Counted from the first letter of the stretch, positions 1 to 12,724 are shown. The stretch is DNA of 64,000 bases from Ranitomeya imitator (GCF_032444005.1 NC_091289.1:5704001-5768000); one strand, 5' to 3'. Program-made: numbers and translations. Notes: a model not told the origin generated them from the sequence alone.

Positions 1-1932
1 TCGCTCAGCAGGCGAAAACTTCCTGGAAAAGAAGGCGCATGGTTTCATCACCGAGCAATCAGAACTTCTCTGCGACAAAACAGCCCCTGCTCCAATCTCA
101 GAAGCATCAACCTCGACCTGGAATGGAAGCGAAACATCTGGTTGACACAACACAGGGGCAGAAGAAAAACGACGCTTCAACTCTTGAAAAGCTTCCACAG
201 CAGCAGAAGACCAATTGACCACATCAGCACCCTTCTTGGTCAAATCGGTCAATGGTTTGGCAATACTAGAAAAATTGCAGATGAAGCGACGATAAAAATT
301 AGCAAAGCCCAGGAACTTTTGCAGACTTTTCAGAGATGTCGGCTGAGTCCAATCATGGATGGCTTGGACCTTAACAGGGTCCATCTCGATAGTAGAAGGG
401 GAAAAGATGAACCCCAAAAATGAAACCTTCTGAACACCAAAGAGACACTTTGATCCCTTCACAAACAAAGAATTAGCACGCAGGACCTGAAACACCGTTC
501 TGACCTGCTTCACATGAGACTCCCAATCATCCGAGAAGATCAAAATGTCATCCAAGTACACAATCAGGAATTTATCCAGGTACTCTCGGAAGATGTCATG
601 CATAAAAGACTGAAACACTGATGGAGCATTGGCAAGTCCGAATGGCATTACTAGATACTCAAAATGGCCCTCGGGCGTATTAAATGCAGTTTTCCATTCA
701 TCGCCTCGCTTAATACGCACAAGATTATACGCACCACGAAGATCTATCTTGGTGAACCAACTGGCCCCCTTAATCCGAGCAAACAAATCAGATAACAACG
801 GCAAGGGGTACTGAAATTTAACCGTGATCTTATTTAAAAGGCGGTAATCTATACAAGGTCTCAGCGAACCATCCTTCTTGGCTACAAAAAAGAACCCTGC
901 TCCTAATGGCGACGATGATAGGCGAATATGCCCCTTCTCCAAGGACTCCTTCACATAACTCCGCATAGCGGCGTGCTCAGGCACAGATAAATTAAACAGT
1001 CGACCTTTTGGGAATTTACTACCAGGAATCAAATTAATAGCACAATCACAATCCCTATGCGGAGGTAGGGTATTGGACTTGGGCTCATCAAATATATCCC
1101 GGTAATCAGACAAGAACTCTGGAACCTCAGAAGGGGTGGATGACGAAATAGTCAGAAATGGGACATCACCATGTACCCCCTGACAACCCCAGCTGGACAC
1201 AGACATGGATTTCCAATCTAATACTGGATTATGGACTTGTAGCCATGGCAACCCCAACACGACCACATCATGCAGATTATGCAACACCAGAAAGCGAATA
1301 ACCTCCTGATGTGCAGGAGCCATGCACATGGTCAGCTGGGTCCAGTACTGAGGCTTATTCTTGGCCAAAGGCGTAGCATCAATTCCTCTCAATGGAATAG
1401 GACACTGCAAGGGCTCCAAGAAAAACCCACAACGCCTAGCATACTCCAAGTCCATCAAATTCAGGGCAGCGCCTGAATCCACAAATGCCATGACAGAATA
1501 CGATGACAAAGAGCAGATCAAGGTAACGGACAAAAGAAATTTTGACTGTACCGTACCAATGGTGGCAGACCTAGCGAACCGCTTAGTGCGCTTAGGACAA
1601 TCAGAGATAGCATGAGTGGAATCACCACAGTAGAAACACAGCCCATTCCGACGTCTGTGTTCTTGCCGTTCAACTCTGGTCAAAGACCTATCGCACTGCA
1701 TAGGCTCAGGTTTAAGCTCAGGTAATACCGCCAAATGGTGCACAGATTTACGCTCACGCAAGCGTCGACCGATCTGAATGGCCAAAGACATAGACTCATT
1801 CAGACCAGCAGGCATAGGAAATCCCACCATGACATCCTTAAGGGCTTCAGAGAGACCCTTTCTGAAAATAGCTGCGAGCGCACCTTCATTCCATTGAGTG
1901 AGTACGGACCACTTTCTAAATTTCTGACAATA
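1..1932 (-). CDS. gag-pol polyprotein, downstream part (gag C-terminus, PR, RT, RNase H start); frame appears open to the window edge
   Basis: The frame at 1932 (TAT TGT CAG AAA = YCQK) is the same as at 60-1 (DCSVMKPCAFFSRKFSPAER). The ORF track reports no terminated minus-strand ORF here, which fits a frame with no stop before the edge. Confidence 0.85.
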
Positions 1933-1934
1933 TA

Positions 1935-3581
1935 CAGTTAGGTCCATATATATTTGGACAGAGACAACATTTTTCTAATTTTGGTTATAGACATCACCAC
2001 AATGAATTTTAAACAAAACAATTCAGATGCATTTGAAGTTCAGACTTTCAGCTTTCATTTGATGGTATCCACATTAAAATTGAATGAAGGGTTTAGGAGT
2101 TTCAGCTCCTTAACATGTGCCACCCTGTTTTTAAAGGGACCAAAAGTAATTGGACAGATTCAATAATTTTAAATAAAATGTTCATTTCTAGTACTTGGTT
2201 GAAAACCCTTTGTTGGCAATGACTGCCTGAAATCTTGAACACAAGGACATCACCAGACGCTGTGTTTCCTCCTTTTTGATGCTCTGCCAGACCTTCACTG
2301 CGGTGGTTTTTAGTTGCTGTTTGTTTGTGGGCCTTTCTGTCTGAAGTTTAGTCTTTAACAAGTGAAATGCTGCTCAGTTGGGTGGAGATCAGGTGACTGA
2401 CTTAGCCAATCAAGAATATTGCACTTCTTTGCTTTAATAAACTCCTAGGTTGCTTTGGCTTTATGTTTTGGGTCATTGTCCATCTGTAGTATGAAACGAC
2501 GACCAATCAGTTTGGCTGCATTTGGCTGGATCTGAGCACACAGTATGTCTTTGAATACCTCAGAATTCATTCGGCTGCTTCTGTCCTGTGTCACGCCATC
2601 AATAAACACTAGTGACCCAGCGCCACTGGCAGCCATGCATGCCCGCGCCATCACACTGCCTCCACCGTGTTTTACAGATGATGTGGTATGCTTTGGATCA
2701 TGAGCTGTACCATGCCTTCACCATACTTTTCTCTTTCCATCATTCTGGTAGAGGTTGATCTTGGTTTCATCTGTCCAAGGAATGTTCTTCCAGAACTCTG
2801 CTGGCTTTTTTAGATGTTTTTTAGCAAAGTCCAGTCTAGCCTTTTTATTCTTGATGCTTATGAGTGGCTTGCACCGTGCAGTGAACCCTCTGTATTTACT
2901 TTCATGCAGTCTTCTCTTTATGGTAGATTTGGATATTGATACGTCGACCTCCTGGAGAGTGTTGTTCACTTGGTTGGCTGTTGTGAAGGGGTTTCTCTTC
3001 ACCATGGAGATTATTCTGCGATCATCCTCCACTGTTGCCTTCCGTGGGCGCCCAGGTCTTTTTGCATTGATGAGTTCACCAGTGCTTTCTTTCTTTCTCA
3101 GGATGTATCAAACTGTAGATTTTGCCACTCCTAATATTGTAGCAATTTCTCGGATGGGTTTTTTCTGTTTTCGCAGCTTAAGGATGGCTTGTTTCACCTG
3201 CATGGAGAGCTCCTTTGACCTCATGTTTACTTCACAGGAAAACCTTCCAAATGCAAGCACCACACCTCAAATCAACTCCAAACCTTTTATCTGCTTAATT
3301 GAGAATGAAATAACGAAGGGATTGCCCACACGTGTCCATGAAATAGCCTTGGAGTCAATTGTCCAATTACTTTTGGTCCCTTTAAAAACAGGATGGCACG
3401 TGTTAAGGAGCTGATACTCCTAAACCCTTCATCCAATTTTAATGTGGATACCCTCAAAAGAAAGCTGAATGTCTGAACTTCAACTGCATCTGAATTGTTT
3501 TGTTTAAAATTCATTGTGGTAATGTCTATAACCAAAATTAGAAAAATGTTGTCTCTGTCCAAATATATATGGACCTAACTG
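1935..3581 (-). mobile_element. Tc1/mariner DNA transposon with about 225-bp TIRs and a TA target duplication
   Basis: Ends are ta|cagttaggtccatatatatttggac and gtccaaatatatatggacctaactg|ta. TA at 1933-34 and 3582-83. Confidence 0.95.
2188..3224 (-). pseudogene. Tc1 transposase, disrupted (premature TGA, frameshift)
   Basis: Runs from MRSKELSMQVKQ through WTDETKINL and QMDNDPKH to AVIANKGFSTKY*. The length is not a multiple of 3 and there is an in-frame TGA near 3105. Confidence 0.9.
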
Positions 3582-3989
3582 TACCTCTATCTCATCCTGA
3601 CCCTGACACAGAGCCAGCAAATTTTTCTCTGCCTGACCCACTGAATTAGGTTCATCGTACAGCAATCCGAGCGCCAGGAAAAAAGCATCGATATTACTTA
3701 ATGCAGGATCTCCTGACGCAAGAGAAAATGCCCAGTCCTGAGGGTCGCCACGTAAAAAAGAAATAATGATCCTAACTTGTTGAACTGGGTCACCAGAGGA
3801 GCGAGGTTTCAAAGCCAGAAATAGTTTACAATTATTTTTGAAACTCAGAAATTTAGTTCTATCTCCAAAAAACAAATCAGGAATAGGAATTCTCAGTTGT
3901 AACATAGAATTCTGAACCACAAAGTCTTGAATATTTTGTACTCTTGCCGTGAGCTGATCCACACATGAAGACAGACCTTTAATGTCCAT
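3582..3989 (-). CDS. gypsy gag N-terminal part (upstream of the Tc1 insertion)
   Basis: MDIKGLSSCVDQL...QGQDEIEV. It joins in frame to YCQKFRKW at 1932 when the Tc1 and one TA are removed. Confidence 0.85.
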
Positions 3990-4125
3990 CGCTACACCTG
4001 TGTCCTGAACCACCCAAATGTCTAGGGGAAAAAAAAGGCAAAACACAGTGCAGAGAAAAAAAAATGGTCTCAGAACTTATTTTTTCCCTCTATTGAGAAT
4101 CATTAATACTTTTGGCCTCCAGTAC

Positions 4126-4934
4126 TGTTGTGATAAGGTAATTCAGTACCACAATGGACATAGAGGTCAGAGCACATACAGTGACCTGACAATAACCCAA
4201 AAACATAGAACGAGCTCTGAGACGTGGGAACTCTGCTGACCGCAATCCCTAATCCTCTCCAACCACACTAGAGGCAGCCGTGGATTGCGCCTAACGCTCC
4301 CTATGCAACTCGGCACAGCCTGAGAAACTAGCTAGCCTGAAGATAGAAAATAAGCCTACCTTGCCTCAGAGAAATACCCCAAAGGAAAAGGCAGCCCCCA
4401 CATATAATGACTGTGAGTTAAGATGAAAAGACAAACGTAGAGATGAAATAGATTTAGCAAAGTGAGGCCCGACTTTCTGAACAGAGCGAGGATAGGAAAG
4501 GTAACTTTGCGGTCAACACAAAACCCTACAAAAACCACGCAAAGGGGGCAAAAAGACCCTCCGTACCGAACTAACGGCACGGAGGTACACCCTCTGCGTC
4601 CCAGAGCTTCCAGCAAGCAAGAAAAAACAAATAGACAAGCTGGACAGAAAAAACAGCAAACAAAATAGCAAAGCAGAACTTAGCTATGCTGAGCAGCAGG
4701 ACAGAGGAACGATCCAGGAGGAAACAGGTCCAATACTAGAACATTGACTGGAGGCCAGGATCAAAGCACTAGGTGGAGTTAAATAGAGCAGCACCTAACG
4801 ACTTCACCACATCACCTGAGGAAGGAAACTCAGAAGCCGCAGTACCACTCTCCACCAACGGAAGCTCACAGAGAGAATCAGCCGAAGTACCACTTGTGAC
4901 CACAGGAGGGAGCTCTGCCACAAAATTCACAACA
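4126..4934 (-). repeat. 5' LTR of the gypsy element (about 809 bp)
   Basis: TG...CA ends with an 8-bp terminal inverted repeat. Homologous to the solo LTR at 55304-56110. Confidence 0.9.
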
Positions 4935-5184
4935 GATCACTATGGACTGATCACTTTATATACAGTAATAAATAAAAGATTATTACAGTACCACTAGATC
5001 ACTATGGACTGATCACTGTATATATTGTTCATAGTGCTTGATGATTAAAGCATGAAACTCCTTATACCATGTAGAAACCTTCTAAGAATCTCTGAAATCT
5101 GTCACCGTCTTTACATTGCAAAGTGCAAATCTGGAACAACATGTTCCCAATGTCACCATTACCACCAACCACTATTCACTGTCT

Positions 5185-5693
5185 ATTCCATATAGTAAAA
5201 AAGAAGAATATGTGGCACTCACCCAGAAAAGCTGCTGAATTAAAGTCCTTTATTCATGCTGCGATAAAACGGAACACTTTTGGAGAGGCGGCTGGGATCG
5301 GGAGATGGTGCTGGGAGGAGGAGAGGTGGACGACGATCGTTTCGCGCAAATGCGCTTCAACGGGTCCAGGACCCGTTGAAGCGCATTTGCGCGAAACGAT
5401 CGTCGTCCACCTCTCCTCCTCCCAGCACCATCTCCCGATCCCAGCCGCCTCTCCAAAAGTGTTCCGTTTTATCGCAGCATGAATAAAGGACTTTAATTCA
5501 GCAGCTTTTCTGAGTGAGTGCCACATATTCTTCTTTTTTACTATATGGAATGGACTTGATTTTTCTATGTGGAGCACCGCCGTAGTCTGCTTTATCTGTG
5601 CTTGCTACACGAATCCTGCGCAGACATTGTGCTGCTTTGCGTCAAAGATTGGGTGCATTTTGAGCCTGGTGCCGTCTATATTCTTTGTTTTGT
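5185..5693 (+). mobile_element. Hairpin (fold-back) insertion with a 15-bp TSD, Penelope-like retroelement end
   Basis: Near-perfect palindrome 5185-5551 centred on 5368 (1-nt loop), plus a unique tail to 5693. CACTATTCACTGTCT is duplicated at 5170-5184 and 5694-5708. Contains a GAAACGATCGTC motif and AATAAA. Confidence 0.75.
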
Positions 5694-5904
5694 CACTATT
5701 CACTGTCTCCTCGTCCTCCTCATCCTGGTGGCCACCTCTGTAAAAATCCAGTCCAACGCGTCAAATCGTTCCTGAATAGCAGAAATACTGCAGATTGTAT
5801 TCACCGGTGTCCACAGGGGCGATGATTCAGCGGTGACACTGGGGCTTCTCAGCAGAGAGCTGCACATGCATTAGTATGAGCAGCATAAATGCCATTCATC
5901 TATT

Positions 5905-8100
5905 TAGTAGCTTTCGAAAGTATTCACACCGTTGGCTTTTTACCTATTTTGTTACATTACACCCTGAGTGAAATTATTGTTGTAATCCGATTTGTGTGTG
6001 ATGCATCAGCACTAAATAGTCTAAGTTGGGGAAGTGATAAAAGTATGTTCATAACTTACATTTATTAGATCAAATAACTAAAAATTGGCGTGTGCAGATG
6101 TATTCAACACTTTTGCGATGAAACCCCTAAATATTTAAGGTGCAACCAATTCCCTTCATACGTCCAATGCTTAGTGACAGGACTTCCCCCGTGTGCAATC
6201 TAAGAGTCACATGTCTGTCAGTATATACACTTTACCTTTTCTAAAAAACCATAGACGCTACAACACTATTAACAAGAGGCTCCACTAACCAAACACCACG
6301 AAGACCAAGGAGATCTCCAAACAACACCATCAACACCAAGGAGATCTCCAAACAACACCACGAAGACCAAGGAGATCTCCAAACAACACCATGGAGATCT
6401 CCAAACAACACCATGAAGACCAAAGACATCTCCAAACAACACCACAAAGTCTAAAGAGATCTCCAAACAACACTATGAAGACCAAGGAGATCTCCAAACA
6501 ACACGAAGGAGATCTCCAAACAACACCATGAAGACCAAGGAGATCTCCAAACAACACCATGAAGACCAAGGAGATCTTCAAACAGCACCATGAAGACCAA
6601 GGAGATCTCCAAACAATACCATGAAAACCAAGGAGATCTCCAAACAACACCATGAAAACCAAGGAGATCTCCAAACTACACCATGAAAACCAAGGAGATC
6701 TCCAAACAACACCATGAAAACCAAGGAGATCTCCAAACAACACCATGAAAACCAAGGAGATCTCCAAACAACACCATGAAAATCAAGGAGATCTCCAAAC
6801 AACACCATGAAGACCAAGGAGATCTCCAAACAACACCATGAAGACCAAGGAGATCTTCAAACAACACCATGAAGACCAAAGAGATCTCCAAACAACACCA
6901 TGAAGACCAAGGAGATCTTCAAACAACACCACAAAGTCCAAAGAGATCTCCAAACAACACCACAAAGTCCAAAGAGATCTCCAAACAACACCATGAAGAC
7001 CAAGGAGATCTCCAAACAACACGAAGGAGATCTCCAAACAACACCATGAAAACCAAGGAGATCTCCAAACAACACCATGAAGACCAAGGAGGTCTACAAA
7101 CACCATGAACACCAAGGAGATCTACAAACAACACCACAATGACCAAGGAGATCTCCAAACAAGTCAAGGACAAAGTACAAGTCAGACTTTGATTATAAAA
7201 AAAAATATCCCAATCTCTGATGATCCCCCGGAGCACCATTAAATCCATTATCATCAAATGGAAAGAACATGGTACCACAACAAACTTACCAAGAGTGGGC
7301 GCGCACCAAAATGGTCAGCTCAGGCAAGGAGGACATTAATCATAGAGGCAGCACAGAGAGCGAAGGTGACCCTGAAGGAGCTGCTGAGTTCCCAAGCAGA
7401 GTCTTTAGTATCTGTCCATACAACCACAATAAGCCATACACTCCATAGAGGTCACCATTATGGAAGAGTGGGAAGAAAAAAAGCTTTTACTTACAAAAAT
7501 CTTAATGCTCATTTTGAGTTTGCCAAAAGACATGTGGGAGACTCCCCAAATGTATTGAGGAAGGTGCTGTGGTCAGATGAGACCAAAATTGAACTTTTGG
7601 CCACGAAGGTAAACACTATGGCACCAAACCAACACAGCTCATCGCCCCAAGAACACCATCCCCACAGTGAAACATGGTGGTGTCAGCATCATTTTATGGG
7701 GAGGTTTTCGGCAGTAGGGACAGGGAAAATGGTCTGAGTCAAGGGGAAGATGGATGGTGCACAATACTTTTTTTTATAGTAAAACCTGCTTCAGTCTGTC
7801 AGTGATTTGAAAATGGGGCAGAGATTCACCTTCCAAGAAGACAATGACCCAAAACATACTGCTAAAGCAACACTAGAAAGGTGTAAGGGGAAACGTGTGA
7901 ATGTTCTGGAGAGGCCGAGTCACAGCCCAGACTTTAATCCAATGGAGAATCTGTGGTCAGATGTGAAGATCACCGTTCACCAGAGGAAACATCTAACGTG
8001 AAGGAGCTGGAGCAGCTTTGTCTTGAGGAATGGGCAATATCCCATTGAATTTTGTAGCGGCTGCTACACACTCGGTGGAGCCACACTTTATAGCTTTGGT
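5905..8100 (+). mobile_element. Decayed Tc1 element (Passport-like transposase) with an internal minisatellite expansion
   Basis: Start resembles a TIR (agtagctttcgaaagtattcac). Fragments translate to [51 protein letters not shown] and SPDFNPMENLW, with many frameshifts. The right boundary is approximate. Confidence 0.85.
6296..7162 (+). repeat. 31-bp minisatellite (about 28 copies) derived from the first codons of the Tc1 transposase
   Basis: Unit ACC ATG AAG ACC AAG GAG ATC TCC AAA CAA C (MKTKEISKQ). The last copy continues into the transposase body. Confidence 0.9.
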
Positions 8101-9401
8101 CAAGGTGTTTATATCTGGCTGCTGCCAGAACAAATGACAGCCGATCAGTAGGGGTGTTGAGCGTCGGACCCCCATCTAGCTGATATTGACTCCTATACTA
8201 CAGATAGGTCATCAATATTATTTTACCGGACAACCCCTTTAACTTGAATAAATGGAAAGAAAATAAGGAAAGTGCAGGACGTTCTATTACAGGTGTAATG
8301 GGATGTAATAATGTGGGGCGCAGCACTCTGATGTGTGCTGCGCTCAGTTTGCTGTACCCAAACGCAGATAAAATGACCAAGATGGAGACGCTCGCAGGCA
8401 CTATGGGCGCTGACAGCAAACTAGAGACTTGTAGTACTTCATGGCTCTTCTTTGTAGAAAGTAACGCGTTTTAGAATCTGAGCAGAATTCTGTTTCACTT
8501 GATGTTTGTTTTCTAAAACGTGTTATTTCTGCACAATGGAAAACCCTGAAGAAGTCTCCAGTTTGCTGTTAATGCTGACAGGCCTCTCCTCCATCCTGGG
8601 GTTGTTAGACATATCGTTAGTAAGTCCCATTATTCAATCAACTCTACCTACATAGTATTTTACTTACTGAAGGATATATGCTCTTTTTTTTTCTTGGGTT
8701 TTGTCTACATAGTAATATTCTGTTTATTTTCTAACTTTATGCCACCTTGTGGTTGCTGCACACGTTGGTCTTCAACCGTGCCCCTACCTGGCAAAGCCAC
8801 AATGCTTTTCAGAAAGCTCGTGGCCACTTGCTGAGTGAATCACAGAAAGTGTCTAATAATCGTGGTGATGGGCAGCCGCTGTGTGCACTTGTGATGGGGG
8901 CAGAAATCATAAGAATGCCTATGCACTGAGCTCCCCGTGTGGCAGCTGCAGGGAGCAGATGGAGCTTGGTGTCTCTCAGGCCCCAGGTGCGCTCTCACTA
9001 TGGTCCGCATAGTGGTGTGGTCGGTTGGACTGTTCAGTGAGCATGCCATTGCTTCTGTAATTATACTGTATTTGATGTAATATGAGAACTATGGTATAAT
9101 GTGATATACCAGTATGGCGCAATGTATGGGCACAGAGTCACGTCTCACGTCCGGCAGCACCAGAAGCTGTCATCAGTGATAACAAACAACTCCGCAGCAC
9201 TGGAGCTCCAGACCCACACCTGCATGAAGTCAGCGAAACAACATCCTAGCAGGGGTAGCAGAGCGCCTTTTATTTTACTCACATGTATAGCAGCCATTAA
9301 TTCCACAGCGTTTTACAGACCTTATCGGCACTGTCCTCATTGGGGCTCACAACTTAGATTCCCTATCTGTATGCTTTTGGGGCTTCACCTTACCTGCTGC
9401 A

Positions 9402-10725
9402 GGGACAGGAGGAGTCGGGCTAGAGTCTGCAGGGGCAGGAGGAGTCGGGCTAGAGTCTGCAGGGGCAGGAGGAGTCGGGCTAGAGTCTGCAGGGGCAGGA
9501 GGAGTCGGGCTCGAGTCTGCAGGGGCAGGAGGAGTCGGGCTCGAGTCTGCAGGGGCAGGAGGAGTCGGGCTCGAGTCTGCAGGGGCAGGAGGAGTCGGGC
9601 TCGAGTCTGCAGGGGCAGGAGGAGTCGGGCTCGAGTCTGCAGGGGCAGGAGGAGTCGGGCTCGAGTCTGCAGGGGCAGGAGGAGTCGGGCTCGAGTCTGC
9701 AGGGGCAGGAGGAGTCGGGCTCGAGTCTGCAGGGGCAGGAGGAGTCGGGCTCGAGTCTGCAGGGGCAGGAGGAGTCGGGCTCGAGTCTGCAGGGGCAGGA
9801 GGAGTCGGGCTAGAGTCTGCATGGACAGGAGGAGTCGGGCTAGAGTCTGCAGGGGCAAGAGGAGTCGGGCTAGAGTCTGCAGGGGCAGGAGGAGTCGGGC
9901 TAGAGTCTGCAGGGGCAGGAGGAGTCGGGCTAGAGTCTGCAGGGGCAGGAGGAGTCGGGCTAGAGTCTGCAGGGGCAGGAGGAGTCGGGCTAGAGTCTGC
10001 AAGGGCAGGAGGAGTCGGGCTAGAGTCTGCAGTGGCAGGAGGAATCGGGCTAGAGTCTACAGGGGCAGGAGGAGTCGGGCTAGAGTCTGTAGGGGCAGGA
10101 GGAGTCGGGCTAGAGTCTGCAGGGGCAGGAGGAGTCGGGCTAGAGTCTGCAGGGGCAGGAGAAGTCGGGCTAGAGTCTGCAGGGACAGGAGGAGTCGGGC
10201 TAGAGTCTGCAGGGGCAGGAGGAGTCGGGCTAGAGTCTGCAGGGGCAGGAGTAGTCGGGCTAGAGTCTGCAGGGACAGGAGGAGTCGGGCTAGAGTCTGC
10301 AGGGACAGGAGGAGTCGGGCTAGAGTCTGCAGGGACAGGAGGAGTCGGACTAGAGTCTGCAGGGACAGGAAGAGTCGGGCTAGAGTCTGCAGGGACAGGA
10401 GGAGTCGGGCTAGAGTCTGCAGAGACAGGAGGAGTCGGGCTAGAGTCTGCAGGGGCAGGAGGAGTCGGGCTAGAGTCTGCAGGGACAGGAGGAGTCGGGC
10501 TAGAGTCTGCAGGGGCAGGAGGAGTCGGGCTAGAGTCTGCAGGGACAGGAGGAGTCGGACTAGAGTCTGCAGGGACAGGAGGAGTCGGGCTAGAGTCTGC
10601 AGGGACAGGAGGAGTCGGGCTAGAGTCTGCAGGGACAGGAGGAGTCGGGCTAGAGTGTGCAGGGACAGGAGGAGTCGGGCTAGAGTGTGCAGGGGCAGGA
10701 GGAGTCGGGCTAGAGTCTGCAGGGT
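9402..10725. repeat. 30-bp minisatellite (about 44 copies), with degenerate related units to about 11450
   Basis: Unit GGCAGGAGGAGTCGGGCTAGAGTCTGCAGG. It explains the periodic 466-610 aa ORFs. Confidence 0.95.
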
Positions 10726-11814
10726 CAGTAGAAAGGTGAGTTTGCACTGGATAGGAGTAGTCAAGAGAGAGTCTGCAGGAAATGGAGAAGGCGGGAGAGA
10801 ATCTGCAGTAAAAGGAGGAAGTAGGATGCAGACAGCATGGACAGGAGAAAGAAAGTCTGCATGGACAGTAGGAGTTGAGAGAAAGTCTGCATGGACAGTA
10901 GGAGTTGAGAGAAAGTCTGCATGGTCAGGATGAAACAAGAGTGTCTGCAGGGATAGGAGGCAGTAGAGAGTCTGCAGGGACAGGAGGAAGCACAAGAGAG
11001 CCTGCAGGGTCAGAAGGGTGAGTCTGCAGGGACATGAGGAGGCGGAAGATAGTCTGTAGGGACAGGAAGATGCAGGAGTTTGCAGGGTCATGAGAAGGGT
11101 GAGAGAGTATGCAGAGACAGGAGGAGGCAGGAGAGAGTCTGCAGTAACAGGAGGAAGTGGGAGAGGGTTTGTTATGACAGGAGGAAGCAAGAGTCTTCAG
11201 GAGCAGGAGGGAACCTGCAGGAACAGGAGGAAGAGAGTCTGCATGGACAGGAGGAGGTGGGAGAGAGTCTGCAAGGACAGGAGGATGCAAGAGAGAGTCT
11301 GCACTGAAAAGAGGCAGGGAAAGAATTTGCAGGGACAGGAGGAGGTGGCAGAGTATTTATGGACAGGAGGCTGGAGAGTCTGCAGGAACAGGAGGAAGTA
11401 GGAGAGAGTCCAACAGCAGGAAGAGGCCGGAGTCTGCAGGGATAGTACTGGGTGTTAACAAGAAAGGAAGCTGAGTAATAGTCTATCTCTCCTGCCTAAA
11501 AAGTACCTGTGTGATTATATTGATTCCATATGTGTTTATGGTGTGTGTTGTGCAGGTTTGATGGATATGTGTTGTGTAAATTTATATTATGTGCAGTATA
11601 TGTGTATATTCAGTATTTGAGTGTGTTGATGTATTTGTAATGTGCTTATGTGGTGTGTCCATGTGTGTGTGACGAAAACAAGACAGCGGATGTGGAGACA
11701 GCAGCCAAAACTGCTGAAGAACCACTACGTGGCTCTCACGCAGGACAACTATGTAGATGTACATAAAAAAGTTGAGTGCTCACAAAGAACACCCCAAGAA
11801 GGGAGAGAAATAAG

Positions 11815-12335
11815 CGCTGTGGTGAAGAAGAAAAGGAGAGTGGTGGTCTTGGCAGATTCCTACTCAGAGGCCGCTACCTGCCGACCGGACATTACTTCAC
11901 GAGACGTGTGCCGTCTTCCAGGTGCACAAATCAAAGATGTGTCTGATCGGATATCAAGACTCCTCAGTGCTACAGACAACCACCAATGACCACTAATACA
12001 CGTAGGAACAAATGATACAGCAGGAAAGGACCTGAGGACTATAGGCAGAGACATTGAAGACCTGGGCGGGAAAGTGAAGGAACTGGGAGCGCAGGTCGTC
12101 TTCTCATCCATCCTCCCAGTGGATGGACATGGACCTAGGAGACTGATCAGGATTCTACAGGTGAACAGCTGGCTACATTGTTGGTGCCGTGAGCAGTGTT
12201 TTGTGTTTCTTGACCATGGGGTGTATTACCTGTATGAAGGACTCCTTGCTAGAGATGGGTTGCATTTTATGAGAATCGGAAAACACATATTTGGTAGACG
12301 CCTCGCTGCACTCATCAGCAGAGCTTCACACTAAA
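11815..12335 (+). pseudogene. CR1 LINE ORF1 fragment (SGNH esterase-like domain)
   Basis: KRRVVVLADS...VCRLPGAQIKDV...IHVGTNDT...KELGAQVVFSSILPV...ARDGLHF...FGRRLAALISRA, with a stop and small deletions. This is a typical CR1 ORF1 esterase signature. Confidence 0.85.
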
Positions 12336-12724
12336 GCAATATGGGATGAAAACCATACAGCCGGGAAGAAATATGCAGGTATGAATTACTTTGAGATTTT
12401 GAGAACCTGCTACTAGAAGTGGAAAGGAAGAACAAAAACAGCAAACTCTGAACGAAAATAGATAAGAGAAACCGACTACAAACTAAAATGTGTCGATACA
12501 ACTGCACAGAGCACGGGAAACCAGGAGAAGCCCAGCTGCCGACTCCACTTCTCCTAGTTTGGTATTTTTCTCCTTTCACATTTCCATGTGTATTTGAGTC
12601 ACTTGTTCGTTATGGCATCAGATCCACACTCCGGCCATGTGCAGGAGCTTTCTGCTATTTACAAGGACTGGTCGGTGCGAAGAATGGACAAGATGATCAG
12701 AGTGCGTGGAATATCACTGCTGTG

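Larger units (their letters stand above)
1..4934 (-). mobile_element. Ty3/gypsy LTR retrotransposon (5' LTR, gag, protease, RT, start of RNase H; runs off the left edge), interrupted by a Tc1 insertion
   Basis: The minus strand translates to retrotransposon gag (FFGDRTKF...QVRIIISFLRGDPQDWA), a CCHC knuckle (CFYCGDSTHAISDC), aspartic protease (FVDSGA), RT (YLDDILIFS) and RNase H (VEVDAS...CAFFSRKFSPAER). The LTR at 4126-4934 has tgttgtga...tcacaaca termini. Confidence 0.95.

Noticed and set aside
8244-8474. ORF with a P-loop-like GCNNVGRST
   Set aside because: Lacks the catalytic Lys. It is short, has no other NTPase motifs, and lies next to MITE remnants.
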